DNA of 24,000 nucleotides from Bacteroidales bacterium (GCA_013376985.1 JACABB010000021.1:69327-93326); one strand, 5' to 3'. Numbered from the stretch's first letter, positions 1 to 10,358 are shown. Notes: generated by a model from the letters alone, not told the origin. Translations and numbers: made by a program.

Positions 1-59
1 CATTTTTATATTGCAGCATAAGTTGATTTAAATATCTTTGCTGGTCAATTCGTAAGGTA

Positions 60-881
60 ATGGGAAATAGTACAGACACAAGAAAACCGGTTATTCTGGT
101 AACAAACGATGATGGATTTCGTGCAAAAGGAATAGAGGCATTAATCGAAATGGCTAAACCTTTTGGGCGAATCATAGCAGTTGCCCCCGATGAGGGCAAT
201 TCAGGGATGTCCCATGCCATTACAATTAAAACTCCGCTAAGATTAAAGAAACGTTCAAGGACTGATGATGTTGAACTATATTCGGTTAATGGAACACCCG
301 TTGATTGCGTAAAGCTGGCAATGAATCAGCTATTCACAAACCCACCCGATTTAATTCTTTCGGGAATCAACCATGGTTCAAACTCATCGGTAAGCATTAT
401 CTACTCAGGAACAATGGCTGCAACAATTGAGGGTAGCCTTTACAATGTGCCATCAATAGGCTTCTCACTGCTCGATTACGGTAGCAATCCCGATTTCTCT
501 GCCGCCGTGCATCATGGTAGACCAATAATTGAAGCTGTTCTTGAGAATGGATTATCCAACAGATCGTGCCTAAACGTTAACATTCCAGTATTGCCAATGG
601 ATAAGATCAAAGGGATAAAAATCTGCAGGCAGAATAACGGCATTTGGAGGGAAGAGTTTGAGAAACGAACCGATCCACGTGGTCAGGACTACTTCTGGCT
701 AACAGGTTTTTTTCATAATAACGAACCTGATGCAACCGATACTGACGAATGGGCGTTAGCAAACGGCTACATATCTATTGTGCCAATAACCACCGATTTT
801 ACAAACTATAAGGAGATAGATAGGTTAAATCAATGGAATTTTAATAATCAGGATCAAAAATATGCTGCAAAAAATCGATAA
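60..881 (+). CDS. surE: 5'/3'-nucleotidase SurE
   Basis: 273-aa ORF. It has the N-terminal ILVTNDDG motif followed by SGINHGSN, which are characteristic SurE family motifs, and typical length. Confidence 0.9.
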   Translation: MGNSTDTRKPVILVTNDDGFRAKGIEALIEMAKPFGRIIAVAPDEGNSGMSHAITIKTPLRLKKRSRTDDVELYSVNGTPVDCVKLAMNQLFTNPPDLILSGINHGSNSSVSIIYSGTMAATIEGSLYNVPSIGFSLLDYGSNPDFSAAVHHGRPIIEAVLENGLSNRSCLNVNIPVLPMDKIKGIKICRQNNGIWREEFEKRTDPRGQDYFWLTGFFHNNEPDATDTDEWALANGYISIVPITTDFTNYKEIDRLNQWNFNNQDQKYAAKNR

Positions 882-1155
882 ACAATGGATTGGCTTTGTT
901 TTGGGAATGATTGTACCCATAATAGCTTTCTTTGGAATCTACTTTTTTGGATTTAAATACAAAAGTTTGATTTCATTCTACGAGATGATTTTAGCAAGAG
1001 GATTTTTTTCGCAGATACTTAGCTTGGCGGTTATTCCCAATGTAGCAGTTTTTTTCATATTTATATGGCTAAATAAGCTTAGCGCAGCCAAGGGAGTACT
1101 TGCTGCAACAATTGTTATGGCTCTTTTAGTTTTTGGATTAAAGATATTTGCATAG
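862..1155 (+). CDS. small hydrophobic membrane protein, unknown function
   Basis: 97-aa ORF overlapping the surE 3' end by 20 nt. About three hydrophobic helices by eye; no motif recognised. Confidence 0.5.
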   Translation: MLQKIDKQWIGFVLGMIVPIIAFFGIYFFGFKYKSLISFYEMILARGFFSQILSLAVIPNVAVFFIFIWLNKLSAAKGVLAATIVMALLVFGLKIFA

Positions 1156-1172
1156 TTTTGATATCACAATAC

Positions 1173-1305
1173 TTCGGTAATTTTTAACCGATATTTTTGA
1201 ATTACTGATTTGGTGCAATTTGGTGCTTTTGAGTTTTGGTGGCTAAGAAATATTAAAAGCCACTAAATCACCAAGTCACAAAAACCCACCAAAAAGATTA
1301 CCGAA
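1173..1305. repeat. imperfect long inverted repeat (REP/MITE-like hairpin element)
   Basis: ttcggtaat... at the left end pairs with ...attaccgaa at the right end. Internal ttggtg/caccaa and tggtggc/gccac(t)a arms surround a central aagaaatattaaaa loop. Confidence 0.55.
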
Positions 1306-1368
1306 CCATTGGTGTTATAAAATTTAAAATATTTTGATGAGAAGAAGTTGTTTCTTATGGATTAATTA

Positions 1369-1467
1369 TTAACCGCGAAGTTCGCAAAGTAAAGAGCGCA
1401 GATGATTATTAAACAGTGTATTATTTCTTTGCGAACTTGGCGAAATCTTATAATACTTTGCGGTTAA
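1369..1467. repeat. inverted-repeat hairpin element upstream of lpxB
   Basis: ttaaccgc...gcggttaa outer arms. Inner arms are cgcgaagttcgcaaag and ctttgcgaacttggcg, with 1 mismatch. Confidence 0.55.
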
Positions 1468-1520
1468 TTGATTTTTTGAGCAGCCTTTTAAACAGAATAT
1501 GAATAGTAAAAAATTTTAGA

Positions 1521-2642
1521 ATGAAATACTACCTTGTTGCTGGTGAAGCCTCTGGCGATTTACACGCATCAAATCTAATGAGCGGAATTAAAAAGCAGGA
1601 TCCGAATGCTGAATTTCGTTTCTTTGGAGGCGATTTAATGAAGGCTCAGGGAGGAGATTTGGTAAAGCATTACCGCGAAATGGCATTTATGGGATTCGTT
1701 GAGGTGCTGATGAATCTCAAATCAATCTCTAAGAATCTTCGCCTTTGCAAGGAGGATATCATTGCATACAAACCCGATGTTGTAATTCTGGTTGATTACC
1801 CTGGTTTCAACCTTAGAATTGCAAAATTTGCCAAAGAATCAGGTCTTAAAGTATTTTACTATATCGCACCCAAGGTTTGGGCGTGGAAGGAATCAAGAGT
1901 AAAGATATTGAAGAACTACGTTGATCAACTTTTCATCATATTTCCTTTTGAAATAGAGTACTTTAGAAAGCATTCAATTGAACCAATTTTTGAGGGAAAC
2001 CCCTCAATTGATGCCATTGCCTTTAAGTTGGATAAAACACAACAATTTGATGATTTTATTAAGCAGAATAATCTTCCAAATAAACCTATAATTGCTCTAG
2101 TTGCAGGTAGTAGAAAGCAGGAAATAAAGTATAACCTTCCAGCTATGCTGCAAATGGTAGAAAAGTTTCCTGAATATCAATTTGTAATTGCTGGAGCACC
2201 ATCGCTTAGTAAGAGCGTATATGAACTTTACACTAATGGTAAAATGGTTTCTATTGTATTCGGGCAAACCTATCAGCTATTTAAACATAGTACTTTAGCA
2301 CTTGTAACATCTGGGACAGCAACTCTTGAATCGGCTCTGCTTGATACGCCAGAGGTGGTTTGCTATAAAGGAGGATTCTTCTCCATGCTCATTGCATGGA
2401 TTGTAATTAAAGTTAAATATATTTCACTGGTTAACCTGATTATGGATAGGGAAGTGGTAACGGAACTAAAACAATACGACCTTAATCCAACTCGACTCTA
2501 CAAAGAAGCATCCATTCTTCTTCCCGGATGTAAACAGCGAGATGATATGCTGAGAGATTTTGCTAAGCTAAAAGAGATTTTAGGTGGCGAGGGCTCTTCG
2601 GAACGGGTTGGGGCACGAGTGGTTAATCTTTTAAAACAATAA
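1521..2642 (+). CDS. lpxB: lipid-A-disaccharide synthase
   Basis: 373-aa ORF. The N-terminal VAGEASGDLHASNL motif and overall layout are typical of LpxB (GT19). Confidence 0.9.
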   Translation: MKYYLVAGEASGDLHASNLMSGIKKQDPNAEFRFFGGDLMKAQGGDLVKHYREMAFMGFVEVLMNLKSISKNLRLCKEDIIAYKPDVVILVDYPGFNLRIAKFAKESGLKVFYYIAPKVWAWKESRVKILKNYVDQLFIIFPFEIEYFRKHSIEPIFEGNPSIDAIAFKLDKTQQFDDFIKQNNLPNKPIIALVAGSRKQEIKYNLPAMLQMVEKFPEYQFVIAGAPSLSKSVYELYTNGKMVSIVFGQTYQLFKHSTLALVTSGTATLESALLDTPEVVCYKGGFFSMLIAWIVIKVKYISLVNLIMDREVVTELKQYDLNPTRLYKEASILLPGCKQRDDMLRDFAKLKEILGGEGSSERVGARVVNLLKQ

Positions 2643-2657
2643 ATTCAACTTTTGGCA

Positions 2658-3860
2658 ATGAATAGAACTTTATTGGTTACTTTAAGTCTTTTGCTCTGTA
2701 CAAGCCTTTACTCACAGAAGGTAAGTATCAGCCTTTTCAACGATTCCAACCTTAACACCATACTAGTTACACCCACCGAGGGTAGCTATAAGTTGATATT
2801 AGGCAATAGCGAGATTCGACTGGGGGTTGATCAGATTGTATATTTGAGCAGGGTAGGGGATTCCATTCTTGTACGCGATGCAAACTCCAACCTTGGTACA
2901 TGGTCGAGGGTATCTATTGTTGGGCAAACCGAGGAGGATGCCATTAGACTGAAACCAATACTACCATCGATTCCCGCCAGAGTGTATAGCGATAACATTA
3001 GCATTTATGTTGAATTTAACAGGTTGATGGCTATTAACATGATCGACCGAGAAAAATATATTGCATCTGTGGTTGAAGCGGAATCTGGGCCAAATAAAGA
3101 TGAGGAGTTCTACAAAGCCCAATCGCTAATTGCTCGAACATTCGCATTGGCTCATCTCGAAAAGCATAAAGGCGAAGGATTTAATCTTTGCGATGGAACG
3201 CATTGCCAGGCGTATAAAGGAAAAATGAATTTTGATAAAGATATTTATAAAGCAACAGTAGCTACAAAAGATTTGGTAATTGTTGATACCACTAAGCAAT
3301 TTATCACTGCCGCATTCCATTCAAATTGCGGTGGTTTTACGGCTAACTCACAGGATGTTTGGCTTACCCCAAAATCATATTTAGTATCAGTTGAGGATAG
3401 ATATTGTACCGGCGCACGAAATGCCAGCTGGGAGGTGAAAATTCCACTCGGAAAATGGAAGAAATTCCTTCAATCAAAAGGTGTTGATACTACAGCAATA
3501 ACCGACATTAAGCAGTACGATTTTAAACCCAAGGAGCGACCAGTTTACTATCCTATTGCAAACCAGAAAATACCTACAATTCAAATTCGAAGCAATTTTA
3601 AACTCCGTTCGGCGTTTTTTTCAGTAACTGCTGTTAAAAACATTATAAGAATTGATGGACGTGGCTATGGTCATGGTGTTGGCCTTTGTCAGGAGGGAGC
3701 AATGCAAATGGCATCAAGGGGTTGGAAGTACGATAAGATTATCAATTACTACTATAAGAAAGTAAAGATTGTAAATATCAGCGAGGTTGATCAAACTCGA
3801 TCCATTGATATTATTATTGAGAAGAAAGATTCAACCGTTGTGCAAACGGAGAAGAAATAG
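2658..3860 (+). CDS. SpoIID/LytB-domain protein, secreted
   Basis: Motifs AQSLIARTFA, CDGTHCQAY, FHSNCGG and GHGVGLCQEGA match the SpoIID/LytB amidase-enhancer domain. The track ORF begins at a TTG (2652); ATG at 2658 gives a clean signal peptide, MNRTLLVTLSLLLCTSLYSQ. Confidence 0.85.
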   Translation: MNRTLLVTLSLLLCTSLYSQKVSISLFNDSNLNTILVTPTEGSYKLILGNSEIRLGVDQIVYLSRVGDSILVRDANSNLGTWSRVSIVGQTEEDAIRLKPILPSIPARVYSDNISIYVEFNRLMAINMIDREKYIASVVEAESGPNKDEEFYKAQSLIARTFALAHLEKHKGEGFNLCDGTHCQAYKGKMNFDKDIYKATVATKDLVIVDTTKQFITAAFHSNCGGFTANSQDVWLTPKSYLVSVEDRYCTGARNASWEVKIPLGKWKKFLQSKGVDTTAITDIKQYDFKPKERPVYYPIANQKIPTIQIRSNFKLRSAFFSVTAVKNIIRIDGRGYGHGVGLCQEGAMQMASRGWKYDKIINYYYKKVKIVNISEVDQTRSIDIIIEKKDSTVVQTEKK

Positions 3861-3925
3861 TCAAGAGTTAGATTTTTAAAATATGCATATCTGCTATTAT
3901 ACCTAATGTAAAAAAGAAATTTGCT

Positions 3926-4043
3926 GTCATTGGCTCCGCCGAACTCGCAAGCTCGGTTCCGGGCGAAGTCCCGGAGTCTATTAAAAGAAATAGATTCTTG
4001 CATTATTCGCTTCGCTCATGAGCTAACGGTTCGCAGGAATGAC
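3926..4043. repeat. hairpin repeat element (gtcat...aatgac termini)
   Basis: The ends gtcattgg... and ...caggaatgac are inverted. Internal ccggga/tcccgg-type arms and the cgcttcgctca motif relate it to the gtcatgctgaacgaagtgaagc / cttcgcttcgctcaggatgac repeat family seen at 10.4, 20.2 and 23.6 kb. Confidence 0.55.
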
Positions 4044-4107
4044 AATTTGGGTTGTTTATTCTTTATTAGTTATTATTGCAGACAATAATAAAATTAAAAA
4101 GAAGGAA

Positions 4108-4839
4108 ATGTTCGCAATTTTTAAAAAAGAGGTCAGTGGATTTTTCTCTTCATTAACAGGATACATAGCCGCAACATTCTTCTTAGTGGTGAATGGTCTT
4201 ATAATGTGGGTATTTCCTGGCTCTTTAAACGTTCTCGATAGTGGGTACTCCACACTCGAAACTCTTTTTATCATAGCACCTTGGGTATTCCTTTTCCTTG
4301 TTCCCGCTATTACCATGAAAACCTTTGCCGAGGAGAAACGGAGTGGTACAATAGAGCTAATCCTAACCCGACCCATTAGCGATTTAAAACTTGTACTTGG
4401 AAAATACTTTGCCTCGGTTCTACTCGTTTTGCTTATACTCATACCTTCACTAATCTTTTTTATATCGATATTCTTCCTAGGAAGTCCAATTGGTAATATT
4501 GATACTGGTGGAACTTGGGGTTCGTTCATCGGGTTGTTTTTTCTGGCTTCGGCCTATGCCGCTATAGGAGTTTTTGCATCCAGCCTTACCGATAACCAAA
4601 TAGTATCATTTATCCTTGCAATTATTATATCTCTCTTTATTTTTAGCGGGTTCGACTCATTAGCTTCGCTTGGACTTTTCACCGATTTCAAATATTTATT
4701 AGTTCAACTTGGCATTAACGAGCATTACAGCTCGATGAGTCGTGGGGTGATCGATACTAGAGATGTTATCTACTTTGGATGCTTATCATCCATATTCATT
4801 ATCGCCACACGGGTTAGAATTCAAAGCAGAAAATGGTAA
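4108..4839 (+). CDS. gldF: gliding-motility-associated ABC transporter permease GldF
   Basis: The polytopic ABC-2-type permease begins MFAIFKKEVSGFFSSLTGYI, as GldF proteins do, and is directly followed by gldG. The track start at 4039 lies inside the upstream hairpin repeat, so ATG 4108 (243 aa) is preferred. Confidence 0.8.
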   Translation: MFAIFKKEVSGFFSSLTGYIAATFFLVVNGLIMWVFPGSLNVLDSGYSTLETLFIIAPWVFLFLVPAITMKTFAEEKRSGTIELILTRPISDLKLVLGKYFASVLLVLLILIPSLIFFISIFFLGSPIGNIDTGGTWGSFIGLFFLASAYAAIGVFASSLTDNQIVSFILAIIISLFIFSGFDSLASLGLFTDFKYLLVQLGINEHYSSMSRGVIDTRDVIYFGCLSSIFIIATRVRIQSRKW

Positions 4840-4857
4840 TATTTAACAGATAGGGTT

Positions 4858-6558
4858 ATGTCGAAATCCGTTAAGAATCGAAATATTGTTCAGCTCATAA
4901 TTGCGGTTGCTTCAGTTATTATTATCAGCTATATATCTAGTTTTATTTACTGGAGAATCGACCTTACATCCGAAAAAAGATATACTCTTTCTGAGGTATC
5001 AAAGAATACCCTAAAGGATTTAAAAGATGTTGTTTACGTTAAGGTTTACCTCGATGGGGATATGCCCATTGGTTTTAAACGGATGCAAAAATCTTTAAAG
5101 GAAACGTTGGATGAGTTTAGAATATATAGCGGAGAGAATATTCAGTACGAGTTCATTAACCCATCTGAGAGCACAAACCAAAAGGTTCGCGATGCAATTT
5201 TTAAAGATTTAATTGACAAAGGACTCGAACCAACAAACATTCAGGTTCGCGATAAAGAGGGTGGAAATACACAGAGAATGCTTTACCCCGGTGCAATCAT
5301 TTCATTTAAGGGGAAGGATATTCCTGTAAACCTTCTCCATAATAACCCTGCGCTCTCTGGCGATGAGAATATCAACCTATCCATTCAAAACTTTGAGTTC
5401 TATCTCATTGATGCCATCCTTAAGTTGAGTACCGAGAAACTTCCAAAACTTGCATTCATTCTGGGTCATGGCGAATTAGATCAGTATGAATCTGGCGATA
5501 TCGATAAAAAACTATCGGAATACTATGATACCTACAGGGTTGAAATTAATGGCGATTTCAAGGCTCTCGATCCATATAACGTAGTGATTATTGCTGGCCC
5601 TCAGCAACCAATGCCCGAAGCTGATAAACTGGTTGTAGATCAGTACATCATGCGGGGAGGAAAAGTTCTCTGGTTTGTTGATCCTGTTGCTGTTAACATC
5701 GATAGCCTTTCGCAAGGTGCATCAACATTGGCATACATTAATCAACACAACCTTGACGATCAGTTATTCAGATATGGAGTTCGCCTTAATCCTTCATTAA
5801 TTCAAGATGCACAATGTGCAATAATTCCTGTTAACACATCTTTACCTGGACAGAGTTCTCATTTTGTTGCATCACCTTGGGTATATTACCCATTAATGTC
5901 TGCATCAGGCAATAGCCCGATTACAAGGAATTTAAATATGATTAGGGCACAATTTATTAGCCCCATTGATACCGTTGGAGGAAACAGTAGCGTTAAAAAA
6001 GCCGTTCTACTTACAAGTTCAAGGTACTCTAGAACGCTTAATGTTCCATTACTAGTTAATTTGGCGGAGGTGAGCAGAAGACTCAATGAGAGGGAGTTTA
6101 ATCGCTCAAACATACCTGTGGCTGTTCTCTTAGAGGGAAATTTTGAATCAGTTTTTCAGAATCGACCTTTATCAAAGTACAACCACGAGCATCCTTTTGA
6201 GTTTAAGCCTTCCAGTGTTTTTACTAAGATGATTGTTGTTTCGGATGCCGATATTATTCGAAATGAGGTCAGGCGTAGACCCGATGGGGCTTATGTTTCG
6301 CCTCTAGGTTACGACCGTTACACTAAGCAAACCTTTGGAAATAAGGATTTAGTGATAAACATGGTAAAATATCTTGATGATAATATTGGGCTTATGAATC
6401 TTAGAACCCGTGATTTCAAGCTTCGTATGCTCGATAAGCAAAAAATTTCCGAATCGAGATTTGCTTGGCAGCTGTTTAATCTTGTTGTTCCTTCTGCACT
6501 ACTTATCTTTGGTGGCTTAATTTGGCTTTATTTTAGAAAGAGAAAATTTACACGGTAA
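4858..6558 (+). CDS. gldG: gliding-motility-associated ABC transporter substrate-binding/accessory protein GldG
   Basis: 566-aa ORF with N- and C-terminal membrane anchors and a large middle domain. Size and position after gldF match GldG. Confidence 0.8.
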   Translation: MSKSVKNRNIVQLIIAVASVIIISYISSFIYWRIDLTSEKRYTLSEVSKNTLKDLKDVVYVKVYLDGDMPIGFKRMQKSLKETLDEFRIYSGENIQYEFINPSESTNQKVRDAIFKDLIDKGLEPTNIQVRDKEGGNTQRMLYPGAIISFKGKDIPVNLLHNNPALSGDENINLSIQNFEFYLIDAILKLSTEKLPKLAFILGHGELDQYESGDIDKKLSEYYDTYRVEINGDFKALDPYNVVIIAGPQQPMPEADKLVVDQYIMRGGKVLWFVDPVAVNIDSLSQGASTLAYINQHNLDDQLFRYGVRLNPSLIQDAQCAIIPVNTSLPGQSSHFVASPWVYYPLMSASGNSPITRNLNMIRAQFISPIDTVGGNSSVKKAVLLTSSRYSRTLNVPLLVNLAEVSRRLNEREFNRSNIPVAVLLEGNFESVFQNRPLSKYNHEHPFEFKPSSVFTKMIVVSDADIIRNEVRRRPDGAYVSPLGYDRYTKQTFGNKDLVINMVKYLDDNIGLMNLRTRDFKLRMLDKQKISESRFAWQLFNLVVPSALLIFGGLIWLYFRKRKFTR

Positions 6559-6566
6559 TAACTGAA

Positions 6567-7571
6567 ATGATTAAAAAAAATTTAAAAAGATACGCTTGGC
6601 TATTCATCCTATGTTGTATTGCCCTTTATTTCTTTATTTTCCATTACAAATCGGGAACAATTAACCCTGCTAGCAAAAACTTTTCTATTGCCGATACATC
6701 TACAATCAATAAAATTGTACTCAGCAAAGATTCAATAACAGTCATATTAAACCGTACAGAAAAGGGATGGCTATTAAATAACACCACCTCCACGAGAACA
6801 GATGCCATAAAGGCTTTGATGAAGGTTTTAACGTTAATAGATACAGGATCCCCTCTTCCAAAATCTGTTTCCGATAGTTTATCGGAGCTGATTTCAACTA
6901 CTGGCTTAAATGTTGAACTATTTAATGACGATGAGATTGTAAAATCATACTCTGTACTATCAACAAAGACATTGAACTTGGGGGCTATTGGAAAAATAAA
7001 GAAATATCGAACGGCATATACCCTCAAATTACCGGGTTTCAAGGGCGATTTATCATCACTATTTGTAATAGATCCTGATTATTGGAAAAGTAATCGCCTA
7101 TTTATTGCTGATATTAAGCAGATATCGCATATTGATGTGGAAATACCGAATAGCCCCGAAAAATCATTTTCAGTTTCATTGGATGAAAAAGGCGTTCACC
7201 TAAAAGCCACCTATTTTGATGAGAATGTTAACAAGTTTGATACTTCTCGTGTTGTCAACTTTATTTTTGGTTTGAGTGATTTATCTTATGAAAGACTACT
7301 GAATAAATCTTCTGCAGAGGAAAAGGCTGCAATTGTTCTATCCCAACCCGAGCAAATATTTACAATTACCCTTACAAACAGAAACAAACTTGTTCTAAAA
7401 ACGTATCCGATCCCGGTTGACGAGTATAGGGATGAATTTGGACGAACAGTTAAGTTCGATCTTAATCGATTGTATATTTCTTTTAACAATGATGCAATCA
7501 TAGCCATTGCTAATTATGTGGCATTTGACCCTGTACTTAAGGACTTATCGTCATTTAGATTGAAAAACTAG
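6567..7571 (+). CDS. N-terminally anchored protein downstream of gldG (DUF4340-like by context)
   Basis: 334-aa ORF with one N-terminal TM helix, starting 8 nt after gldG. The family assignment comes from remembered gene context only, not from a motif. Confidence 0.5.
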   Translation: MIKKNLKRYAWLFILCCIALYFFIFHYKSGTINPASKNFSIADTSTINKIVLSKDSITVILNRTEKGWLLNNTTSTRTDAIKALMKVLTLIDTGSPLPKSVSDSLSELISTTGLNVELFNDDEIVKSYSVLSTKTLNLGAIGKIKKYRTAYTLKLPGFKGDLSSLFVIDPDYWKSNRLFIADIKQISHIDVEIPNSPEKSFSVSLDEKGVHLKATYFDENVNKFDTSRVVNFIFGLSDLSYERLLNKSSAEEKAAIVLSQPEQIFTITLTNRNKLVLKTYPIPVDEYRDEFGRTVKFDLNRLYISFNNDAIIAIANYVAFDPVLKDLSSFRLKN

Positions 7572-7880
7572 GTATACCTTTGCCCTTGTGCTTAAAAATT
7601 TGTATTATTGATTCGTGAATTCTGAGAGGTGATTTCTTTGATTATCAAAGATAAAGAAATTTGAAATTGGATATTTTAACTCAGAGTTAGAGCAAGTGTT
7701 TTGAAATAGGATTGAATGAACTGTATCTTTGTTGTATAAAATTGGATATACAAACTCTCTAAACTGATTAAATAAATTTTAGTTTGGATTTAGATACATA
7801 AGGTGAGTTAATAGCCGATTGGAAACTCTGCCAAAATGGCGAGAAACCTTTTACTATTGAACCACTTAAATAAAATAGTA

Positions 7881-8117
7881 ATGTATTTAGCTGTTAAAAA
7901 AGTAGAACCGATTAATAATTTTAAGCTTTTGCTTACTTTTGAAAATGGTGAAAAGCGAAAATTCGATATGAATCCATACTTAAATCAGGGTATATTCAAG
8001 GAACTTAGAAATGTAGATAAGTTTAATACTGTTCATTTAAGTTTTGATACTATTGAATGGGATAATGAAGCAGATTTTGACCCAGAAACTCTTTACGCTT
8101 TAAGTGAAAAGATATAA
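7881..8117 (+). CDS. DUF2442-like small protein
   Basis: 78 aa from ATG 7881. The pattern V..VEP...F.L.L.F.NGE.R.FD..PYL..GIF..L......F..V......IEW.N..DFDPE.LY resembles the DUF2442 family. The track's N-terminal extension to 7836 is unsupported. Confidence 0.6.
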   Translation: MYLAVKKVEPINNFKLLLTFENGEKRKFDMNPYLNQGIFKELRNVDKFNTVHLSFDTIEWDNEADFDPETLYALSEKI

Positions 8118-8179
8118 TTTGGGGTAAAATAAATTTCAAATAACATTTAACTTTAAATAATCATTTAAAAATATATCAG

Positions 8180-9310
8180 ATGAAATTTGTAGTTTCAAGT
8201 ACCGAACTGTTAAGTCATCTTAGCATTGTTAGTAGGGTAATTAGCAATAAAAACACCCTGCCTATCCTCGATAATTTTCTTTTCAAGCTCGAGGGGAATG
8301 AGCTTGAGATAACCGCATCGGATCTGGAAACAACCCTATCCACCCGGTTACATCTCGAAAATGTTATGGAAGATGGCTCAATCGCAATTCCTTTCCGTAT
8401 TCTTGTTGATACTCTTAAGGAATTCTCCGAGCAACCTCTAACTTTTGATATTAATCACACAAACCTTGCTGTTGTTGTTAACTCTGAGAATGGACAGTTT
8501 AATATTGTTGGACAACCTGCTGAAGACTTCCCAGTACGTGCTGAGCTTAAACCAGATCGTAAGGTTACAGTTAAAGTAGCAGCTGATCTTCTTTTAAGTG
8601 GAATATCAAAAACCATTTTTGCAACCGCCGATGATGAATTACGCCCTGTAATGAATGGTATTCTTATGGAATTAGCTACCGATAGCCTTTCTTTTGTAGC
8701 TTCCGATGCTCATAAGTTGGTTAGATACAGACGTAAAGATGTTCAATCCGAATCTGAGGCATCATTTATCCTTCCAAAAAAACCAGCAGCATTACTAAAG
8801 AATATTCTTGGAAAAGAATCAGGCGCAATTATCTTAGAATTTGATGATAAGAACGCTCTATTTACCATGTCGAACTACACATTAGTTTGCCGCTTGGTAG
8901 AAGGTTCGTATCCAAATTACAACTCAGTTATACCTGCTGATAACCCAAATAAACTTTCAATTGATAGGGTTGAGCTATACAACGGACTTCGTAGGGTTGC
9001 TGTTTATGCAAATCAGGCAAGTAACCTTATTAAGTTAAGCCTTGGTGGTAATCAGCTTACGGTTTCGGCACAGGATCTCGACTTCTCTATATCAGCTTAT
9101 GAAAGGCTTAAATGTCAATACGAAGGTGATGAGATGGAGATTGGATTTAAATCTGTTTTCCTAATTGAGATTTTAGCGAATATATCAACTTCTGATGTAG
9201 TTCTTTCTCTATCAGATCCTTCAAGAGCTGGCTTAATTTTCCCATTGGTTAATGAGAATGCAGATGAGGACATCTTGATGCTCTTAATGCCGATGATGAT
9301 TAGTGCATAA
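8180..9310 (+). CDS. dnaN: DNA polymerase III beta sliding clamp
   Basis: 376 aa starting MKFVVSSTELLSHLSIVSRVISNKNTLPILDNFLF and ending ...LLMPMMI. This is the canonical DnaN layout. Confidence 0.95.
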   Translation: MKFVVSSTELLSHLSIVSRVISNKNTLPILDNFLFKLEGNELEITASDLETTLSTRLHLENVMEDGSIAIPFRILVDTLKEFSEQPLTFDINHTNLAVVVNSENGQFNIVGQPAEDFPVRAELKPDRKVTVKVAADLLLSGISKTIFATADDELRPVMNGILMELATDSLSFVASDAHKLVRYRRKDVQSESEASFILPKKPAALLKNILGKESGAIILEFDDKNALFTMSNYTLVCRLVEGSYPNYNSVIPADNPNKLSIDRVELYNGLRRVAVYANQASNLIKLSLGGNQLTVSAQDLDFSISAYERLKCQYEGDEMEIGFKSVFLIEILANISTSDVVLSLSDPSRAGLIFPLVNENADEDILMLLMPMMISA

Positions 9311-9331
9311 TTTCTTTAACAAACATATTTT

Positions 9332-9446
9332 AAGGCTGTTTCAAAACTAAAATCGAATTGTCAATTTAAACGAAGTCATAAATTAACCTTTAAATGTTTC
9401 TTCGTTTTGCTGATAATCAATAATATTCAAGTTTTGAAACAGCCTT
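9332..9446. repeat. 16-bp perfect inverted repeat with nested hairpin, downstream of dnaN
   Basis: aaggctgtttcaaaac (9332-9347) and gttttgaaacagcctt (9431-9446) are exact reverse complements, followed by tttt. A nested pair lies inside: aaacgaag (9368-9375) and cttcgttt (9400-9407). May act as the dnaN terminator or be a small MITE. Confidence 0.6.
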
Positions 9447-9498
9447 TTATCATTATAAATTGAAACAAATTTCACCCTATTTAGTAAACTGTCCATCA

Positions 9499-10266
9499 AT
9501 GAAACTTAATATTAAAAATCCACTCGTTTTTGTTGACCTCGAAACCACTGGTATTGATGTAATAAAAGATAGAATTGTTGAAATTGCTGTGCTTAAAATT
9601 CATGTTGATGGGAGGGAGGAACTAAAAATTAAAAGGGTAAACCCTGGAGTGCCAATTCCACCTGAAACGACTGCCATTCACGGTATTACTGATGAGGATG
9701 TAAAGAATGAGCCTTTGTTTAAGGAGGTGGCGAAATCATTGGCGAATTTTATCGAAGGATGTGATTTTGCAGGATTTAACTCAAATAAATTTGATTTTCC
9801 ATTACTTGCAGAAGAATTTCTTCGTGCTGGAGTTGATTTAGATCTTAGAAAACGTAAATTTATTGATGTTCAAACCATCTTTCATAAGATGGAAAAGAGG
9901 ACTCTGGGTGCGGCGCTTAAATTTTACTGTGATAAGGAGATAGAAAATGCGCATAGCGCAGGTGCCGATTCCTATGCAACCTATGAGGTACTTATGGCTC
10001 AACTAGATAAGTATAGTGATATTAAAAATGATGTCGAATTCCTTGCCGAATTTAGCGCTCAAACAAAAAATGTTGATTTTTTAGGAAGAATAATACTTGA
10101 TGAAAAGGGCGTTGAAGTTTTCAACTTTGGAAAGCACAAAGGCAAGTCGGTTGTTGAAATACTAGAAAAAGAACCTAGCTACTACGCATGGATGATGAAT
10201 GGCGAGTTTCCCCTATATACAAAGAAGGTTCTTACCAATATTTATTTGAAGATGAAGCAGAAGTGA
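9499..10266 (+). CDS. DEDDh 3'-5' exonuclease (DnaQ/epsilon-like)
   Basis: Exo I motif VFVDLETTG, Exo II FAGFNSNKFDFPLL and Exo III HSAGADSYATYEV. The track start is a TTG at 9460; ATG 9499 (MKLNIKN) is preferred. Confidence 0.8.
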   Translation: MKLNIKNPLVFVDLETTGIDVIKDRIVEIAVLKIHVDGREELKIKRVNPGVPIPPETTAIHGITDEDVKNEPLFKEVAKSLANFIEGCDFAGFNSNKFDFPLLAEEFLRAGVDLDLRKRKFIDVQTIFHKMEKRTLGAALKFYCDKEIENAHSAGADSYATYEVLMAQLDKYSDIKNDVEFLAEFSAQTKNVDFLGRIILDEKGVEVFNFGKHKGKSVVEILEKEPSYYAWMMNGEFPLYTKKVLTNIYLKMKQK

Positions 10267-10323
10267 TATTCCAAAGTATAATATTCAAAACTACAAAACA
10301 TCATTACCTAACTAAATACATAT

Positions 10324-10358
10324 AAACAATCCCATCTTTTAAGAGATTGGGATTGTTT
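10324..10358 (+). terminator. stem-loop downstream of the exonuclease gene
   Basis: aaacaatccc...gggattgttt forms a 10-bp stem, with an extra atct/agat extension that includes a bulge. The trailing sequence is only weakly T-rich. Confidence 0.5.

Noticed and set aside
4039-4107. N-terminal extension of gldF in the ORF track (MTIWVVYSLLVIIADNNKIKKKE)
   Set aside because: The upstream ATG sits inside the 3926-4043 hairpin repeat. The downstream ATG at 4108 gives the canonical MFAIFKKE... GldF N-terminus and typical length. Similar over-extensions, mostly from TTG starts, were trimmed at 2652, 7836, 9460 and 20387.
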